From positions 17,978,558 to 18,042,557 of the forward strand of contig NC_068994.1 of assembly GCF_001194135.2 (NCBI RefSeq): a DNA stretch of 64,000 bases, given 5' to 3'. The stretch is from Octopus bimaculoides (lineage: Eukaryota). The notes under the pieces were generated by a model. The model worked only from the letters and a program-made list of their open reading frames with translations, made no database searches and had not been told where the DNA came from. Within the stretch, counting starts at the first letter, position 1. Every line of letters starts with the position of its first letter. Position numbers and translations under genes: made by a program. Positions 39,816-53,021 of this stretch are shown piece by piece.

Positions 39816-40832
39816 TTATATATACACACATGTCCTTGTTGCCTTCCAAACACCAATCACTTTACAGGGTGAACTATGTGCATTTTTCCTGGTACCACCA
39901 CCACTGAGGATGCCTTGCAAATTGCAAGATTAAAAGGCCCAAAGGGGACTCTAAAACTGAAGAAGAATAGCAAAGAGAGAGGGACAGTGAATGATGATTT
40001 TAAGTGATGTGATGAGAGAGGGCGAAGTGTAATGAGAAGAATAGTTTTATAGTTGTAAGAGGGTGGTAGTAAGAAGAGTAACAGAGTAGTCACTTTTAGG
40101 AAAGGGAGTGCTGAACGAACAAATGAAAGGAAAAGCATTAGTGTCAGTGGTTAGTGAGATGGGGATAAAGTGGTAAGGGCAATGAGGAAGGTTGTGAAGA
40201 GGGAGTCCAGGACTACCTCAGCATATAAGGGCAGGTATGAGTGAAGGCTCTGTGGGGAAGGGAAGATGAAAAAGAGAAAGTTGAAGAGGATGGTGAAGTC
40301 ATAGAGAGAGCAATTGAACACACACATCTTACACAATAATGGGGAAAGCCACCTATTAATTAGCTTGGTTTATGTAGATTTTACTAAAAGAAAGCAATTC
40401 TTAAAGTCTACATTGTCTAGAAAATTCTTAAAAGTTCCAATTTTAGTATATTTTTATTAAAATGTAGTTTTCATGTTTCTTTTATTATTGAAGATTTCAA
40501 CTAATTTTAATTCACCATGAGATAGCATTTTTTGAAAACTTACACTGTCTGATGGTGTTTTTTTAACATTTTACTCCCTTCTCTCTCTTTCCATTGAAAG
40601 GGTTAATGATAAATTGCTTTCAAACTTGCAACTCCTCTACCCTGATTATAAATTCACCTTTATGTTAATAATCATTGGTGCACTTAGCTATGTTAATAAA
40701 TGTTTCAGAGGAAATCATGTAAAGCTATAATTCTCAAGTAAAAAAGATGACTAGCTAGCTAATATGCATTTTGCAAATACAATCTGTAAGTGGAGCAGTA
40801 AAAATATGCAAAACTTTTCTAAATTTGTAAGT

Positions 40833-40892
40833 ACAGGTGTGGCTGTGTGGTAAGAAGCTTCCTTCCAACCACATGGTTCTGGGTTCATATAT

Positions 40893-40939
<47 letters not shown>

Positions 40940-41185
40940 TGTATGTATATATGTGTGTGTGTGTGTGGCTTTGTGTCTGACCGCCACCACCACTTGACAA
41001 TCAGTGCTGGTGTGTTTGCATATCCGTAACTTACTGGTTTAGCAAAAGAGACTGATAGAATAAGTAATAGGCTTAAAAAAAAAAAATATGTACTGGAGTC
41101 GATTCATTTGACTAAAGAAAAAAATTCAAGGCAGTGCCCCAGCATGGCCATTGTCTAATGGCTGAAACAAGTAAATTATAAAAGA
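40833..41185 (+). mobile_element. SINE family S1 with internal deletion and (GATA)n expansion
   Basis: Head GGCTGTGTGGTAAGAAG..GGGTTCA joined directly to the microsatellite; tail GAAACAAGTAAA. Confidence 0.85.
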
Positions 41186-41976
41186 TAAGTGATAAATTTC
41201 AACAAGGACACTTATCACTTTTCTTATCAAAATTTCAGAGATGAAGCTTTGTTTCATTGTTCAGAACCAAGCTCTTCCTTGTAAAAAGAATTCAAATAAT
41301 TGAATACACACACACAAATGAAGACAAGCATGATAATGCAGTAGTCATTATATTATAAACAGTGTCAATTTAGTAAAGGTAAACTTTACTTGGTAGATTT
41401 CTTGTTCGGAGATTGTTTATTTTGTTTCGAGCCCCTCCTGTCTTTGTCTGTATCAGCTTCAGCATTATCTTCACTGATACAAGCATCTGTTACTTTTCTA
41501 TTTATTGGCTGTTTGTCAGCTTCCAGTTGCAAGTCTGAGAAAAAGTCCCTGAAACGGGTGAGAAATTAAAACAAAAACAGTAAAATAAAACAATTGTTTC
41601 ATAAGTATACATACCCACCCACAAAAAAAAACTCCAGTTAAGAATAATTAACTAAATTATTCAAAGTGCAACAAAATGGTCACAGTTTAATGACTGAAAT
41701 TAGTTGTGTGTGTATAAATATACATATATATACATACCATATATANNNNNNNNNNNNNNNNNNNNNNNNNNNNNNNNNNNNNNNNNNNNNNNNNNNNNNN
41801 NNNNNNNNNNNNNNNNNNNNNNNNNNNNNNNNNNNNNNNNNNNNNNNNNNNNNNNNNNNNNNNNNNNNNNNNNNNNNNNNNNTATATGTATATATCGTTT
41901 AACGTCCGCTTTCCATGCTAGCATGGGTTGGACAAGTATATATATATATATGATGCATACATATATATATATATAT

Positions 41977-42804
41977 GTAAATGACCGTGCGAACGTCAGG
42001 CTGCGTGTTTGAATCATGTCGGGTACGACCATGTATCACGTTGGGGTCACCATTTTGTAAATGACCAAGCAAAATGAGGTTTAGAAGAGACTGTCTCACG
42101 TGACCTTTTGAAGGCTGTGATTAGTTGGGTTGCATATTGGCGAGCAATAGAGCAAGAGACAAATTGCACCAATACCAACCAATCAGAGTAGTGGACACAA
42201 CAGGGTCCAAAAGGGTGGCCAAAGGCTAGCTGTTATCTACTACATCCGTATTTACGTATATATAACAGAGAGAGAGGAATTTCCTTCGAGTCGTATGCTA
42301 CAGATAGCTCCCCTACCAGTCATTTTGCGGAAGACAAAATAGACAATAAAAGGATGACATATCTGTAGCGAAGACGTGAAATTAGAAAGAGCGGTTGGTC
42401 ATTAAAGTGAAATGAAGTTCACATTCGCACTGAACTATCAGAAAGGAATGAGTGTTCTAAGACGGGGTCACCAATTTGTAAATGACCGTGCAAAAGTCGC
42501 GCTGTGTGTTTGAATCACGTCGGGTACAACTGCGTATCACGTCGGGGTCACCAATTTGTAAACGACTTTGCAAAGTGAGATTTAGAAGAGACTGTCTCAC
42601 GTGACCTTATTTGAAGGCTGCGATTGGTTGGGTTGCATATTGGTGCACAGTAGAGCAAGAGACAAATTGCGCCAATACCAACCAATCAGAGTAGTGAAGA
42701 CAACAAGGTTCAAAAGGGCAGCTGAAGGTTAGCTGTTATCTACTACATTCAAATTTATGTATATATAACAGAGAGAGAGGAATTTCTCTCAAGTCGTATG
42801 CTAC
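41977..42804. repeat. Tandem duplication with 501-bp period (aligned ~326-bp blocks 41977-42302 and 42478-42804)
   Basis: Both blocks start GTAAATGACCGTGC and end GTCGTATGCTACA; CCAAT boxes and TATATAA in each. Confidence 0.9.
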
Positions 42805-42876
42805 ACATATATATATACACACACACAATGCATACATATATATATGTGCTTGTGCCTCTCTCCCAGAGAGTGAGAG

Positions 42877-42969
<93 letters not shown>

Positions 42970-44089
42970 AAGAGTGTTTGAAGTGATGTACAGATATATA
43001 TTTAGAATAATAAGTTAGTACATNNNNNNNNNNNNNNNNNNNNNNNNNNNNNNNNNNNNNNNNNNNNNNNNNNNNNNNNNNNNNNNNNNNNNNNNNNNNN
43101 NNNNNNNNNNNNNNNNNNNNNNNNNNNNNNNNNNNNNNNNNNNNNNNNNNNNNNNNNNNNNNNNNNNNNNNNNNNNNNNNNNNNNNNNNNNNNNNNNNNN
43201 NNNNNNNNNNNNNNNNNNNNNNNNNNNNNNNNNNNNNNNNNNNNNNNNNNNNNNNNNNNNNNNNNNNNNNNNNNNNNNNNNNNNNNNNNNNNNNNNNNNN
43301 NNNNNNNNNNNNNNNNNNNNNNNNNNNNNNNNNNNNNNNNNNNNNNNNNNNNNNNNNNNNNNNNNNNNNNNNNNNNNNNNNNNNNNNNNNNNNNNNNNNN
43401 NNNNNNNNNNNNNNNNNNNNNNNNNNNNNNNNNNNNNNNNNNNNNNNNNNNNNNNNNNNNNNNNNNNNNNNNNNNNNNNNNNNNNNNNNNNNNNNNNNNN
43501 NNNNNNNNNNNNNNNNNNNNNNNNNNNNNNNNNNNNNNNNNNNNNNNNNNNNNNNNNNNNNNNNNNNNNNNNNNNNNNNNNNNNNNNNNNNNNNNNNNNN
43601 NNNNNNNNNNNNNNNNNNNNNNNNNNNNNNNNNNNNNNNNNNNNNNNNNNNNNNNNNNNNNNNNNNNNNNNNNNNNNNNNNNNNNNNNNNNNNNNNNNNN
43701 NNNNNNNNNNNNNNNNNNNNNNNNNNNNNNNNNNNNNNNNNNNNNNNNNNNNNNNNNNNNNNNNNNNNNNNNNNNNNNNNNNNNNNNNNNNNNNNNNNNN
43801 NNNNNNNNNNNNNNNNNNNNNNNNNNNNNNNNNNNNNNNNNNNNNNNNNNNNNNNNNNNNNNNNNNNNNNNNNNNNNNNNNNNNNNNNNNNNNNNNNNNN
43901 NNNNNNNNNNNNNNNNNNNNNNNNNNNNNNNNNNNNNNNNNNNNNNNNNNNNNNNNNNNNNNNNNNNNNNNNNNNNNNNNNNNNNNNNNNNNNNNNATAC
44001 ATATACATATATACAATATATATACATAGATATATACAATACATACATACATACCATACATATATATATATGCAATACATATATGCCAT

Positions 44090-44295
44090 ACATACATATA
44101 CAATACATACATACCATAAATACATATACAATACATACATACATACCATGCGTACATATACAATACATACATACCATAAATACATATACAATACATACAT
44201 ACATACCATACGTACATATACAATACATACATACCATAAATACATATACAATACATACATACATACCATACGTACATATACAATACATACATATG
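44090..44295. repeat. 60-bp minisatellite (~3.3 copies) derived from TACA repeats
   Basis: Lines starting 44101, 44161 and 44221 are nearly identical. Confidence 0.95.
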
Positions 44296-44471
44296 CATCC
44301 ATTCATATAGTTAAGGACTATGTATATATTCATGAAGCAGGATTAGGAGAAATATAAATTTTCTTTTATAGTCAAACTTCAGTGAATATTTTTAATATTT
44401 TTGATAATAAAACTAAGGCTGGAGCACTACTATGGTACGCACTAGGTTGTTGATGTAATTCAGGGACTTAC

Positions 44472-44668
44472 TTTAATAATGTGTCAACATCGAATTGACT
44501 TTCAGATGGGTTCAGGCCATTCAGCTTTGTATTTAATTCTCCGTTGATGTAAGTAATTGCTAGCTCAATTGATCTTTCTCGTTCATTCTCTTCTATCTCA
44601 ATTTCAGAGACTTTGGACATGTTCCAGATCTGGCTATTGAAACTACTTGTCATTACTGATGTAACAAG
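44472..44668 (-). CDS. Internal coding exon of an unidentified protein (LVTSVMTSSFNSQIWNMSKVSEIEIEENERERSIELAITYINGELNTKLNGLNPSESQFDVDTLL-K; phase 0 to 2)
   Basis: Acceptor tttttttgtttttgttatcag|, donor AA|gtaagt; the split codon AA|A joins 35359 in frame. Confidence 0.8.
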
Positions 44669-44859
44669 CTGATAACAAAAACAAAAAAAAAACGTTTGTA
44701 AGTGGTCACTGAAGTAGAATATTATCATGTGGAAATGGTAAACACAGCAAACCTACGAAAATGACATTGCTTCCCAAATTCTTTGTGTTCAAGGTAACTC
44801 AAGAAAAATAATGTCCATTTGTGCAGAAACCAATCTTTTTCTTCTTTCAGTCATAAGAC

Positions 44860-45513
44860 TGTGACCACCCTGGGGTACTACTTTGAAGGATTTTAGTCAA
44901 ATGAATTAGCCCCAGTACTTAGTTATTCTTCTTTTTAAGTCTGGTACTGATTCCACTGGTTTCTTTTGCCAAACCACTAAGTTACAGGGGTGTAAACACA
45001 CAAACACTGTTTATCAAGCGGTTGCTGACAGAGAAACACAGACAGAAATATGCATACACACACACACACACACACACACATATTTCAGGCTTCTTTCAGT
45101 TTCCATCTATCAAATCCACTCACCAGGCTTTGGTCAGCCCAAGGGTGTAGTAGAAGACACTTGCTCAATGTGTCATACAGTGGGACTGAACCCAGAACCA
45201 TGTGGTTGGGAAGCAAGTTTCTTACCACATAGCTCTACCTGTACCTCTGTACAGCCAGGCCTGCACCTATGACCAAAACTTCTTCCATCCAGTCTCAAAA
45301 GAGGCCGACCAAATAAGTACAAGGCTTAAAAAATACATATATAATAGGTGCAGGTATGGCTGTGTGGTAACAAGGTTGCTTCCCAACTATATGGTTCTGG
45401 GGTCAATCCCACTGCATGGTACCTTGAACAAGTGTCTTCTACTATAGCTTCGGGCTGACCAAAGCCTTGTGAGTGGATTTGGTAGGCAGATACTGAAAGA
45501 AGAGTGTGTGTGT

Positions 45514-45608
<95 letters not shown>

Positions 45609-45810
45609 TCTACCCACCATCACTTGACAACTGATATTGGCGTGTTTACATCCCCATAACCTAGTAGTTCAGCAAAAGAGACCAATAGGTTAAGTACTAG
45701 GCTTACAAAGAATAAGTCCTGGAGTCGATTTCTTTGACTAAGAAAGAAAACCCTCAAAGGCAGTGCTCCAGTATGACCACATTCAGATGACTGAAACAAG
45801 TAAAAGGAAA
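44860..45810. mobile_element. Head-to-head pair of S1 SINEs (minus 44860-45235, plus 45346-45810)
   Basis: Both carry the S1 head, internal (CA)n/(TG)n and tail motifs in opposite orientations. Confidence 0.9.
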
Positions 45811-46009
45811 ATGCATGTATGCAGCAGTGCCCTGGATAATGGAAAATTTAATTTTTCCATTGATTTTCATGTTATGAAAGGATAGTGTATTTCAGAAAAT
45901 TTTTTGGAAAACAACAACAGAACAATTTTTGGTATGAAAATAATTTCTGAACATACATAGTACAATATGTATACATGAAAGCATTTGAAAAGAAATACAT
46001 TAGGAAATG

Positions 46010-46150
46010 AATATTCAAATTCTGCCAAGGTCGACTTTGCCTTTCATCCTTTCGGGGTCGATAAATTAAGTACCAGTTGTGTACAGTCTAATCGACTGCC
46101 CCCACTCCCCCAAAATTTTGGCCCTTGTGCCTAGAGTAGAAAAGAATATT
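46010..46150 (+). mobile_element. SINE family S2, 5'-truncated
   Basis: GGTCGACTTTGCCTTTCATCCTTTCGGGGTCGATAAATTAAGTACC..GGCCCTTGTGCCTAGAGTAGAAAAGAATATT. Confidence 0.9.
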
Positions 46151-46554
46151 GTAGTAGGGTATGTTCTTCCTGCAAGAGATGCTAACTACTGTGTGGAGAA
46201 TGATGGTTGTAGTGGTGGTGGAAAGAGTTACTTGGAGGATAGGGGACACTACTTTTTTTATCTTATAGTTTATCATCATCAACATCTTACTTGAGGAGTG
46301 AAGAACTTATTCAAAATTATTTGATGATTATGGTGCATTATCGCTTTGTACACTCATGTAGCAACTGAGCTCATTGTAAACCCCATTTGTAATTTTTATG
46401 TTATATTCACAATTTAGGTTGTTATTAGCAAAAACTTGCAGACCTTCTTCTATAAGTGCCAATTGATAGAATAAGTACCAGGTTTAAAAACAAAAATACT
46501 GGATTAAAATGATGATGATGAATCATCTTTTACTTATATTTGTTACAGTTATTA

Positions 46555-47660
46555 GACTGCAGCCATGCTGGGGCACTGCCTTGAAGAATTTTTAGTCAAA
46601 TGAATTGACCCCAGGACTTAGTTATTTTTCCTTTTTAAGCCTGGTACTTATTTTATTGAACTTTTTTGCCAAACCACTAATTTACAGAGATGTAGATATA
46701 CCAACACTGGTTGTCAAGCAGTGATAGAGAACAAACAGACACAAAGACACATACATATATACGATAGGCTTCCCTTCAGTTTTTGTTTACCAAATCTACT
46801 CACAAGGCTTTGGTTGACCTGAGGCTATAGTAAGAGACACTTTCTCAAGGTGCCATGCTGTGGGAACAAACCTGGAACCATATAGCTGAGAAGCAAGCTT
46901 CCTATCACTCAACCACTCTTGCGGCTAAATTAAGAAAGGTAAAAGTGAAATGGCTGACTGGGTAAGCTACAAGACATCTGACTCTCAAGTCATAAGTTGT
47001 TATCTCATAACAGGTTTTGAAGTTGAATACTTAGTCCCACTTGCTAAAGCTTCTTGACTATTTTAAGAAATCTTTATTTCAAGTTGAAGATAATTAAACT
47101 TTGTGTAGTTAGTTGGCATTGTCTTAAGGAAAAAAGAAAATTTACCATCCATCAAATATTGCATTTTTTTTATTTCTTGACAGGAAAATTAACTTAAGAA
47201 TGCTTATTGATTATTATTATTTCTTTTTTTTTTTTTGTAAAAAAAAAAAAATCATAGAATACTGCAGTTTTTGTACTGTTGTTCATTCTTTGTTTTCTCA
47301 TTTTTCAAAGATTATTTGGCAAATTCTATGCAAAGCAGCAAAAAAATAATGTAAGGTAATTAGAACAGCAGAAAAAGAGCGGCACAGGCACAGGTGTAGC
47401 TGTGTCATAAGAAGTTTGCTTCCCAACAACACGGTTCCAGGTTCAGTTCCACAGTATGGCACCTTGCACAAGCTGTGAGTAGATTTGGTAGACAGAAACT
47501 GAAAGAAATTCATTGTGTGTGTCGATGTGTGTGTCGATGTGTGTGTGTGTGTGTGTGTCTGCACCACTGCTTGGCAACCAGTGTTGGTTTGTTTACTGCC
47601 CTGTAACTTAACAGTTTGGCAAAAAGAGCCTGATAGGTCAAGTACCAGGCTTGGAAACTG
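46555..47660. mobile_element. Second head-to-head S1 pair (minus ~46555-46925, plus ~47385-47660)
   Basis: S1 motifs TCACAAGGCTTTGG/CAGTTT on the left and GTGAGTAGATTTGGTAGACAGAAACTGAAAG on the right. Confidence 0.8.
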
Positions 47661-47964
47661 GTTAAGTATATAAATATTAATGTAAATAAATCTTATGCAC
47701 TCTCTGTCTCTACAGTTTCAAGCTTTTCCTTTATTTCCTGTACACATACACACACATCATCCTCATTTAACGTCTGCTTTCCATGCTTGCATGTGTTGGC
47801 TGGTCAATTTGTTCGACTAAACCCTTCAAGGTGATGCCCTAGCATGGCCACAGCATGACTGAAACAAGTAAAAGATAAATAAAATAGATTTCTTAACTAA
47901 GAAGTGAGATATTTATCAAGTTCATATTTCTGCAGTTGTTATCCATAACTGAGGAGTTACATAC

Positions 47965-47993
47965 TTGTAATGCATCTAATATATAATCATTGT
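47965..47993 (-). CDS. Speculative micro-exon (NDYILDALQ; phase 1 to 0)
   Basis: Donor CAA|gtatgt; acceptor tttag lacks a pyrimidine tract; phase fits 44668. Confidence 0.15.
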
Positions 47994-48249
47994 CTAAATT
48001 TCAGTGTTGGAATGATAAATATTCAGCTTTCACTTCTGATTATCTAGAAAAGCATAGTAATTTCTCACAGCAATATATTGTTTAAAATATGCTAATTTCC
48101 ATGCCAACTCAATACAAAGCTGCATATCTAATTAGAGATTCTCTCCTCATCACTACTGTAAGAAGTATGATGACATCCATGCTTACAGAGGAAGTTAGAA
48201 GAAAAGCTAAAACATGTTTTCCATACTTGCCAAGATAATTAAAATATTA

Positions 48250-48846
48250 GCTTCTGGTTAAGTTCTGTGCTTCTGACAAGTTGCTGTGCTTGAGAAGACA
48301 CATCAAGTAAGGTGGTTGTGGCCAGTGCTGGTGACATGTGAAAGTCCCCTGTGCTGGTGACACATAAAAAGCACCCCTGCCAATGACACGTAAAAGACAC
48401 CCAGTAAACTCTGTGACATGATTGACATTAGGAAGGGCATTGAGCTGTAGACTGGAGCAGCTCTCCAGTTTACCATCTCCAGTCAAACCATCTAACCCAT
48501 GCCAGCATGGAAAATGGATGTTAGATGATGATGATGATTAGTCTCTGACTAATACTGTCTTTTCCTCACTACATAAACATTTTTTTTAATGCTCACTGCA
48601 TTTATATATATGTATGTCCCTAATCTTGCAGGCTTATAGGTGCTGGTGCCACATAAAAAGTGCCCATGCCAGTGTCACATAAAAGCATCCAGTACACTCT
48701 GTAAAGTGGCTGGCGTTAGGAAAGGCATCCAGCTATAGAAACCATGCCAAAACAGACAGGGAGTCTGAACAGCCCTTCAGCTGGTCAGGTCCTGTCAAAC
48801 CATCCAACCCATGCAAGCATGGAAAACAGACGTTAAATGAGGATGA
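48250..48846 (+). mobile_element. Two tandem RTE-type 3' ends with (GAT)n tails
   Basis: AGGAAGGGCAT..CAAACCATC.AACCCATGC.AGCATGGAAAA..GTTA.ATGA(TGA)n twice. Confidence 0.8.
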
Positions 48847-49149
48847 TGTGTGTGTATGTGTATTGTGTGTGAGTGTACAGGAAAAAAAAAAAAAGCTTGA
48901 AAATGTAGACAGAGAGTGCATAAGATTTATTTACATTAATATTTATATACTTAACCAGTTTCCACATTTGATGATTTTCAAAAGTGTATGATTCAAAGGA
49001 TGCAGAGCTGTATCACAAACTGTATCATTTCAAGCCATTGTTTTAAAATTTGTTTGATTTTGCAGAAAGAATGTGGCTCAGATGAATGTTATCAATTAAC
49101 ATACGGATTGATTGGTTGAGGATGGTCACACAATGAGGCATGAGTGTGG

Positions 49150-49550
49150 AGACATTGCTGTTCTGTTAAGAAATTTGCTTCCCAACCACATGGTTCTGGG
49201 TTCATTCCCACCACATAGCCCTTTGGGCAAGTATCTTCTATTATAACCTTGGGTCAACCAAAGCCTTGTGAATGGATTTGATAGATGGAAACTGTGTGTG
49301 TGCGTGTGTGTGTGTGTGTGTGTATTTTTTGCATTTCTTTGTCTTGACATTGCAGGATTGCTATAAGATGAATGTTGTTCATTTCTAATATTCTGTGTAA
49401 ATATGTCTGGCCACTGGAGGATATTACCTTACTTAGAAATAGGTAACAGGAAGGGCATCCAACAAGAGAAAATCTGGCTCAATAAACTCTGTGCAACCCA
49501 TACAAGCATGGCAGATCAGATGTTAAAAGATTATGATGATGATGATGATG
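49150..49550 (+). mobile_element. Hybrid SINE: S1 head + (TG)n + RTE-type (GAT)n tail
   Basis: S1 head to GATGGAAACTG, (TG)n, then a tail homologous to 9390-9650. Confidence 0.75.
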
Positions 49551-49564
49551 AAACATACACACAC

Positions 49565-49794
49565 ACGAGCTGGCAGAAATGTTAGCACGCCGGGCAAAAT
49601 GCTTAGCAGTATTTCGTCTGCCGTTGCGTTCTGAGTTCAAAATCCACCGAGGTCGACTTTGCCTTTCATCCTTTTGGGGTCGATAAATTAAGTACCAGTT
49701 ACGCACTGGGGTCGATGTTATCGACTTAATCCCTTTGTCTGTCCTTGTTTGTCCTCTCTATGTTTAGCCCCTTGTGGGTAATAAAGAAATAAGA
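49565..49794 (+). mobile_element. SINE family S2, long-tail variant, CpG-rich
   Basis: GAGCTGGCAGAAATGTTAGCACGCCGGG..GGTCGACTTTGCCTTTCATCC..CCCCTTGTGGGTAATAAAGAAATAAG. Confidence 0.92.
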
Positions 49795-49795
49795 A

Positions 49796-49832
<37 letters not shown>

Positions 49833-50012
49833 TTTATTTAGGACTACTGAGCCTCTGTTGGATTTGTAACACTTTTCTTCAACCCCTTTAATCCTCTATA
49901 TCATTTGTATTCTGTGTAAGTCGGACCTTTTTGTATGCAAGCATATATACATTTTTTAGTATTTCATGTATTAATATAGTAAAACTTTAATATATTGATC
50001 TGTCTGACTTAC

Positions 50013-50070
50013 TTATCCCTACATTTATTTCTATATCTCTATTTAAAAGAACACTGTAATTCACTTGAAG
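50013..50070 (-). CDS. Speculative exon (LQVNYSVLLNRDIEINVGI; phase 0 to 1)
   Basis: Donor A|gtaagt and long upstream pyrimidine tract; acceptor AAG (or CAG, giving an exon start at 50053). Confidence 0.2.
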
Positions 50071-52324
50071 CTTTGTAATACAGAAGTACAAAATGAAGGA
50101 AAAGAGAAATAAGGAAAGCTTTTTGTAAAACTTTCTAAATTTTCAATAAAAGAGGATTGTTATTTAACCCCAGGTCAGCTTTGATCAAGCACACCTATGA
50201 TAAAAAGGTTCCATTCACGATTATCTGTTCTTTTAGTTTCAGGCAATGTATCTAATACTATATTATCTGTGCACTTTTGCTAATGACAGAAGGTTTTTGG
50301 AAGACAATTTAGCTGTTATTTCTAGTCAATCAAATGACCTTGTAGAGGCTGCCTCATTGGTTCAAATATGAGAAAGTTTATCAGTCAGGTGAACAACTTT
50401 TTATTGATGATATTTATGATATCTAGGATGCTACTGCTGAAAGGAAGAAAATTGTGTCATCTCAGATATAAGATGATAGTATTCCTCTGCAGGAGATATC
50501 TGAATCTGGCAGAGTGCCAGTAATTGTTTAAGTTATGATGCAGATGCATATCTATATGCAGATGTGTGTGCATATGCATGTAGGTAGGTATGATTGTACA
50601 TGTACATCATAGAAACGTCTTAGAAACTTAAATGTTATGTAATGTGACAAAGTGCTAAGAATGATTCAGTTTTAGATGTTACACAAAAAGATTCAGGATA
50701 GAAATTTCAGCAATTTTCAAAATTTTATTTAGAAATGTGTTTGTTTTAGGGGGGGGCAGGAAGGAGAAAGGGGCAGAGATACAGAGCTAATATTCTGAAA
50801 AAGATAGTGAGATAGATAAATGAATTAGTTTAGATTTATTTTCCTAGATCTTATCTTCATCTTCCTTGAAGGGTTTCTTCTGATTATCCCTGATAATAAT
50901 TGTCAAGATAAATACAGTTATAGTTAGATATATAAAGTAAAAATACTGACGAAAATGATTTCAAAATGTTGACAACTAAATTATTCTTTTTAACACTAAT
51001 GTTTACGATCACAAAGAATAATGACTTGTTTTTAATTATTTAATCTTTTTTCATTTGGAAAACTTAACTATGAAGGACTGTTTTTTTTTTTTTCTGTTTT
51101 AATTACATATAAAAATCTGAACAAGAGTCACTCTTCCTTATAATTACTGTTGTGTGTGTTACTTAAAATCTCCAAATAAATCAACACACACTATATGTCA
51201 CTGATAACTGAGAATGAAGAGAGCTCTTTTAGTAGTAGAAAATTTTGTCTAGAAATAATACAAGTTCTACAAAATTTATGAAAGACTTTTAGGGAAGCCC
51301 CCCCACTTAGATATTATGGCAGGATAGTTTATATTGCCTATCTTCAAGAACAAGCTGTCCATTTGTTTCCTTGTTTTTCAGCATGTATAAGCACAGTAAG
51401 AGAAGTGTTTAAACAAATCTTTTCTGAATCAGGAGGGGCCATGAATTATAGGAAGAATTCCTGAAGACAAACCATACTGACATTGTAACTGTTAAGTTGT
51501 TGTTATAAGACAAAAAAAATAAAAAGAAATGAAAGAAAGAAAAAGAAATTAGAAGTGAATATTTTTACAAGCAACAGCTTTCTGATACACAGTTTTCAGT
51601 GTGTGGGACCTGTTGAAAGCGAAATATTTGTCTCTTCACAAATAAAGTACAACATTAAAAACAGTTTATGTATGAGGTTTGCATCCTGAAGACAAGCTAA
51701 GTTGTCAAAAGATGATAAAATGTTTTCCAAGCAACCAGAGAGATAATTGTATAGAATAACTATCAACTATTAACCTGTTTCAAAACTTTTCCCTGTATAA
51801 ACAAACACCTTCAAAGAAAAAGTGAAAGAAAATTGTTCCAAATGAAATAGCTCTATGTTTATTTAATGAACACACACACACACACACATTGTGGAATTTC
51901 AGATTTTTCATTCCAAGAAGTTAAATTTCCTCTCTGATAAACACAGCCAATGCAAGGTTGTAAAAAAATTACTCAGGGATGCCTTTTGCATAAAGAACAT
52001 TTAGTAAGTGTGGCTTAACTTATTCTTCACTGCAAGTCTCCACTTAATTTTTTTAATGAATATAAATTTCAGAGATCCCTACTTTCCTTCCTTGGCAAGA
52101 ATTATCATTAACATTGACTTTTCTTCTCATTACAGATATAATTTCAATTGATTAAAAATTATTTTGGCCTTATCCAGTATACTGGCCTGCACTTAATGAT
52201 TTAGTATTGAATGTAGAAGTAAAAATAAACACAAAAGAGACAAATATAAACTTAAGAAAAGTGAAGTTATAAATTATTGAAATGTTCGTATTGATTTCTC
52301 TAATATTTAATATTTCAAGAACAA

Positions 52325-52740
52325 ACAAGGCAGTGAACTCACAGAATTGTTAGCATGCTGGGCAAAATGCTTAGCGGCATTTCACTTGTCTTTACATTCT
52401 GAGTTCAAATTCTGCTGAGGTTGACTTTGCCTTTCATTCTTTTGGGATCAATAAAATAAATACCAGTTGAGAACTGGGGGCGATGTAATCGACTTTCCCC
52501 CTCGCCTGAAACTGCTAGCCTTGTGTCAAAATTTGAAACCCGTATTTCAAGAACAATGGATTGGCAGAAAGCTAAAGTATTGGATAAAATGCTTTGCATT
52601 CTTAGTTCAAATCCCACTAAGTCCAACCTTGCATTTCGTTCCTTTAGGGTTGACAAAATAAAGTATCAGGCAAGTACCTAACGTTGGTCTAATCAACTAG
52701 GCCTTCTCCTCAAAGTTGCTAGCCTTGCACCTCAATAAAA
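52325..52740 (+). mobile_element. Two tandem S2 SINE copies
   Basis: CTGAGTTCAAATTC..GGTTGACTTTGCCTTTCATTC and TTAGTTCAAATCCC..CAACCTTGCATTTCGTTCC. Confidence 0.8.
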
Positions 52741-52789
52741 AAACAATACTTAATATTTCATACTGACTTTCATATTTATAGTTGCAGGC

Positions 52790-52945
52790 ATGGCTGTGTG
52801 GCAGGAAGGTTGCTTCCCAACCTCATAGTTCCAGATTCAGTCCCACTGTGTGGCACCTTGGGCAAATGCCTTCTACTATAGGCCTGAGCTGACCAAAGCC
52901 TTGTGAGTAGATTTGGTAGAAAGAAACTGAAAGAAGCCCGTCATA
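52790..52945 (+). mobile_element. S1 SINE head ending at (TA)n
   Basis: GCAGGCATGGCTGTGTGG..GGCACCTTGGGCAAATG..GAAAGAAGCCCGTC. Confidence 0.9.
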
Positions 52946-52949
52946 TCTA

Positions 52950-53017
<68 letters not shown>

Positions 53018-53021
<4 letters not shown>

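Noticed and set aside
46291-46460. Minus-strand exon candidate ending CAA|gtaaga
   Set aside because: Stops in all three frames before any usable acceptor.
51590-51775. 56-codon open minus frame (LIVILYNYLSGCLENILSS...)
   Set aside because: No acceptable donor site; open frames of this length arise by chance in 64 kb.
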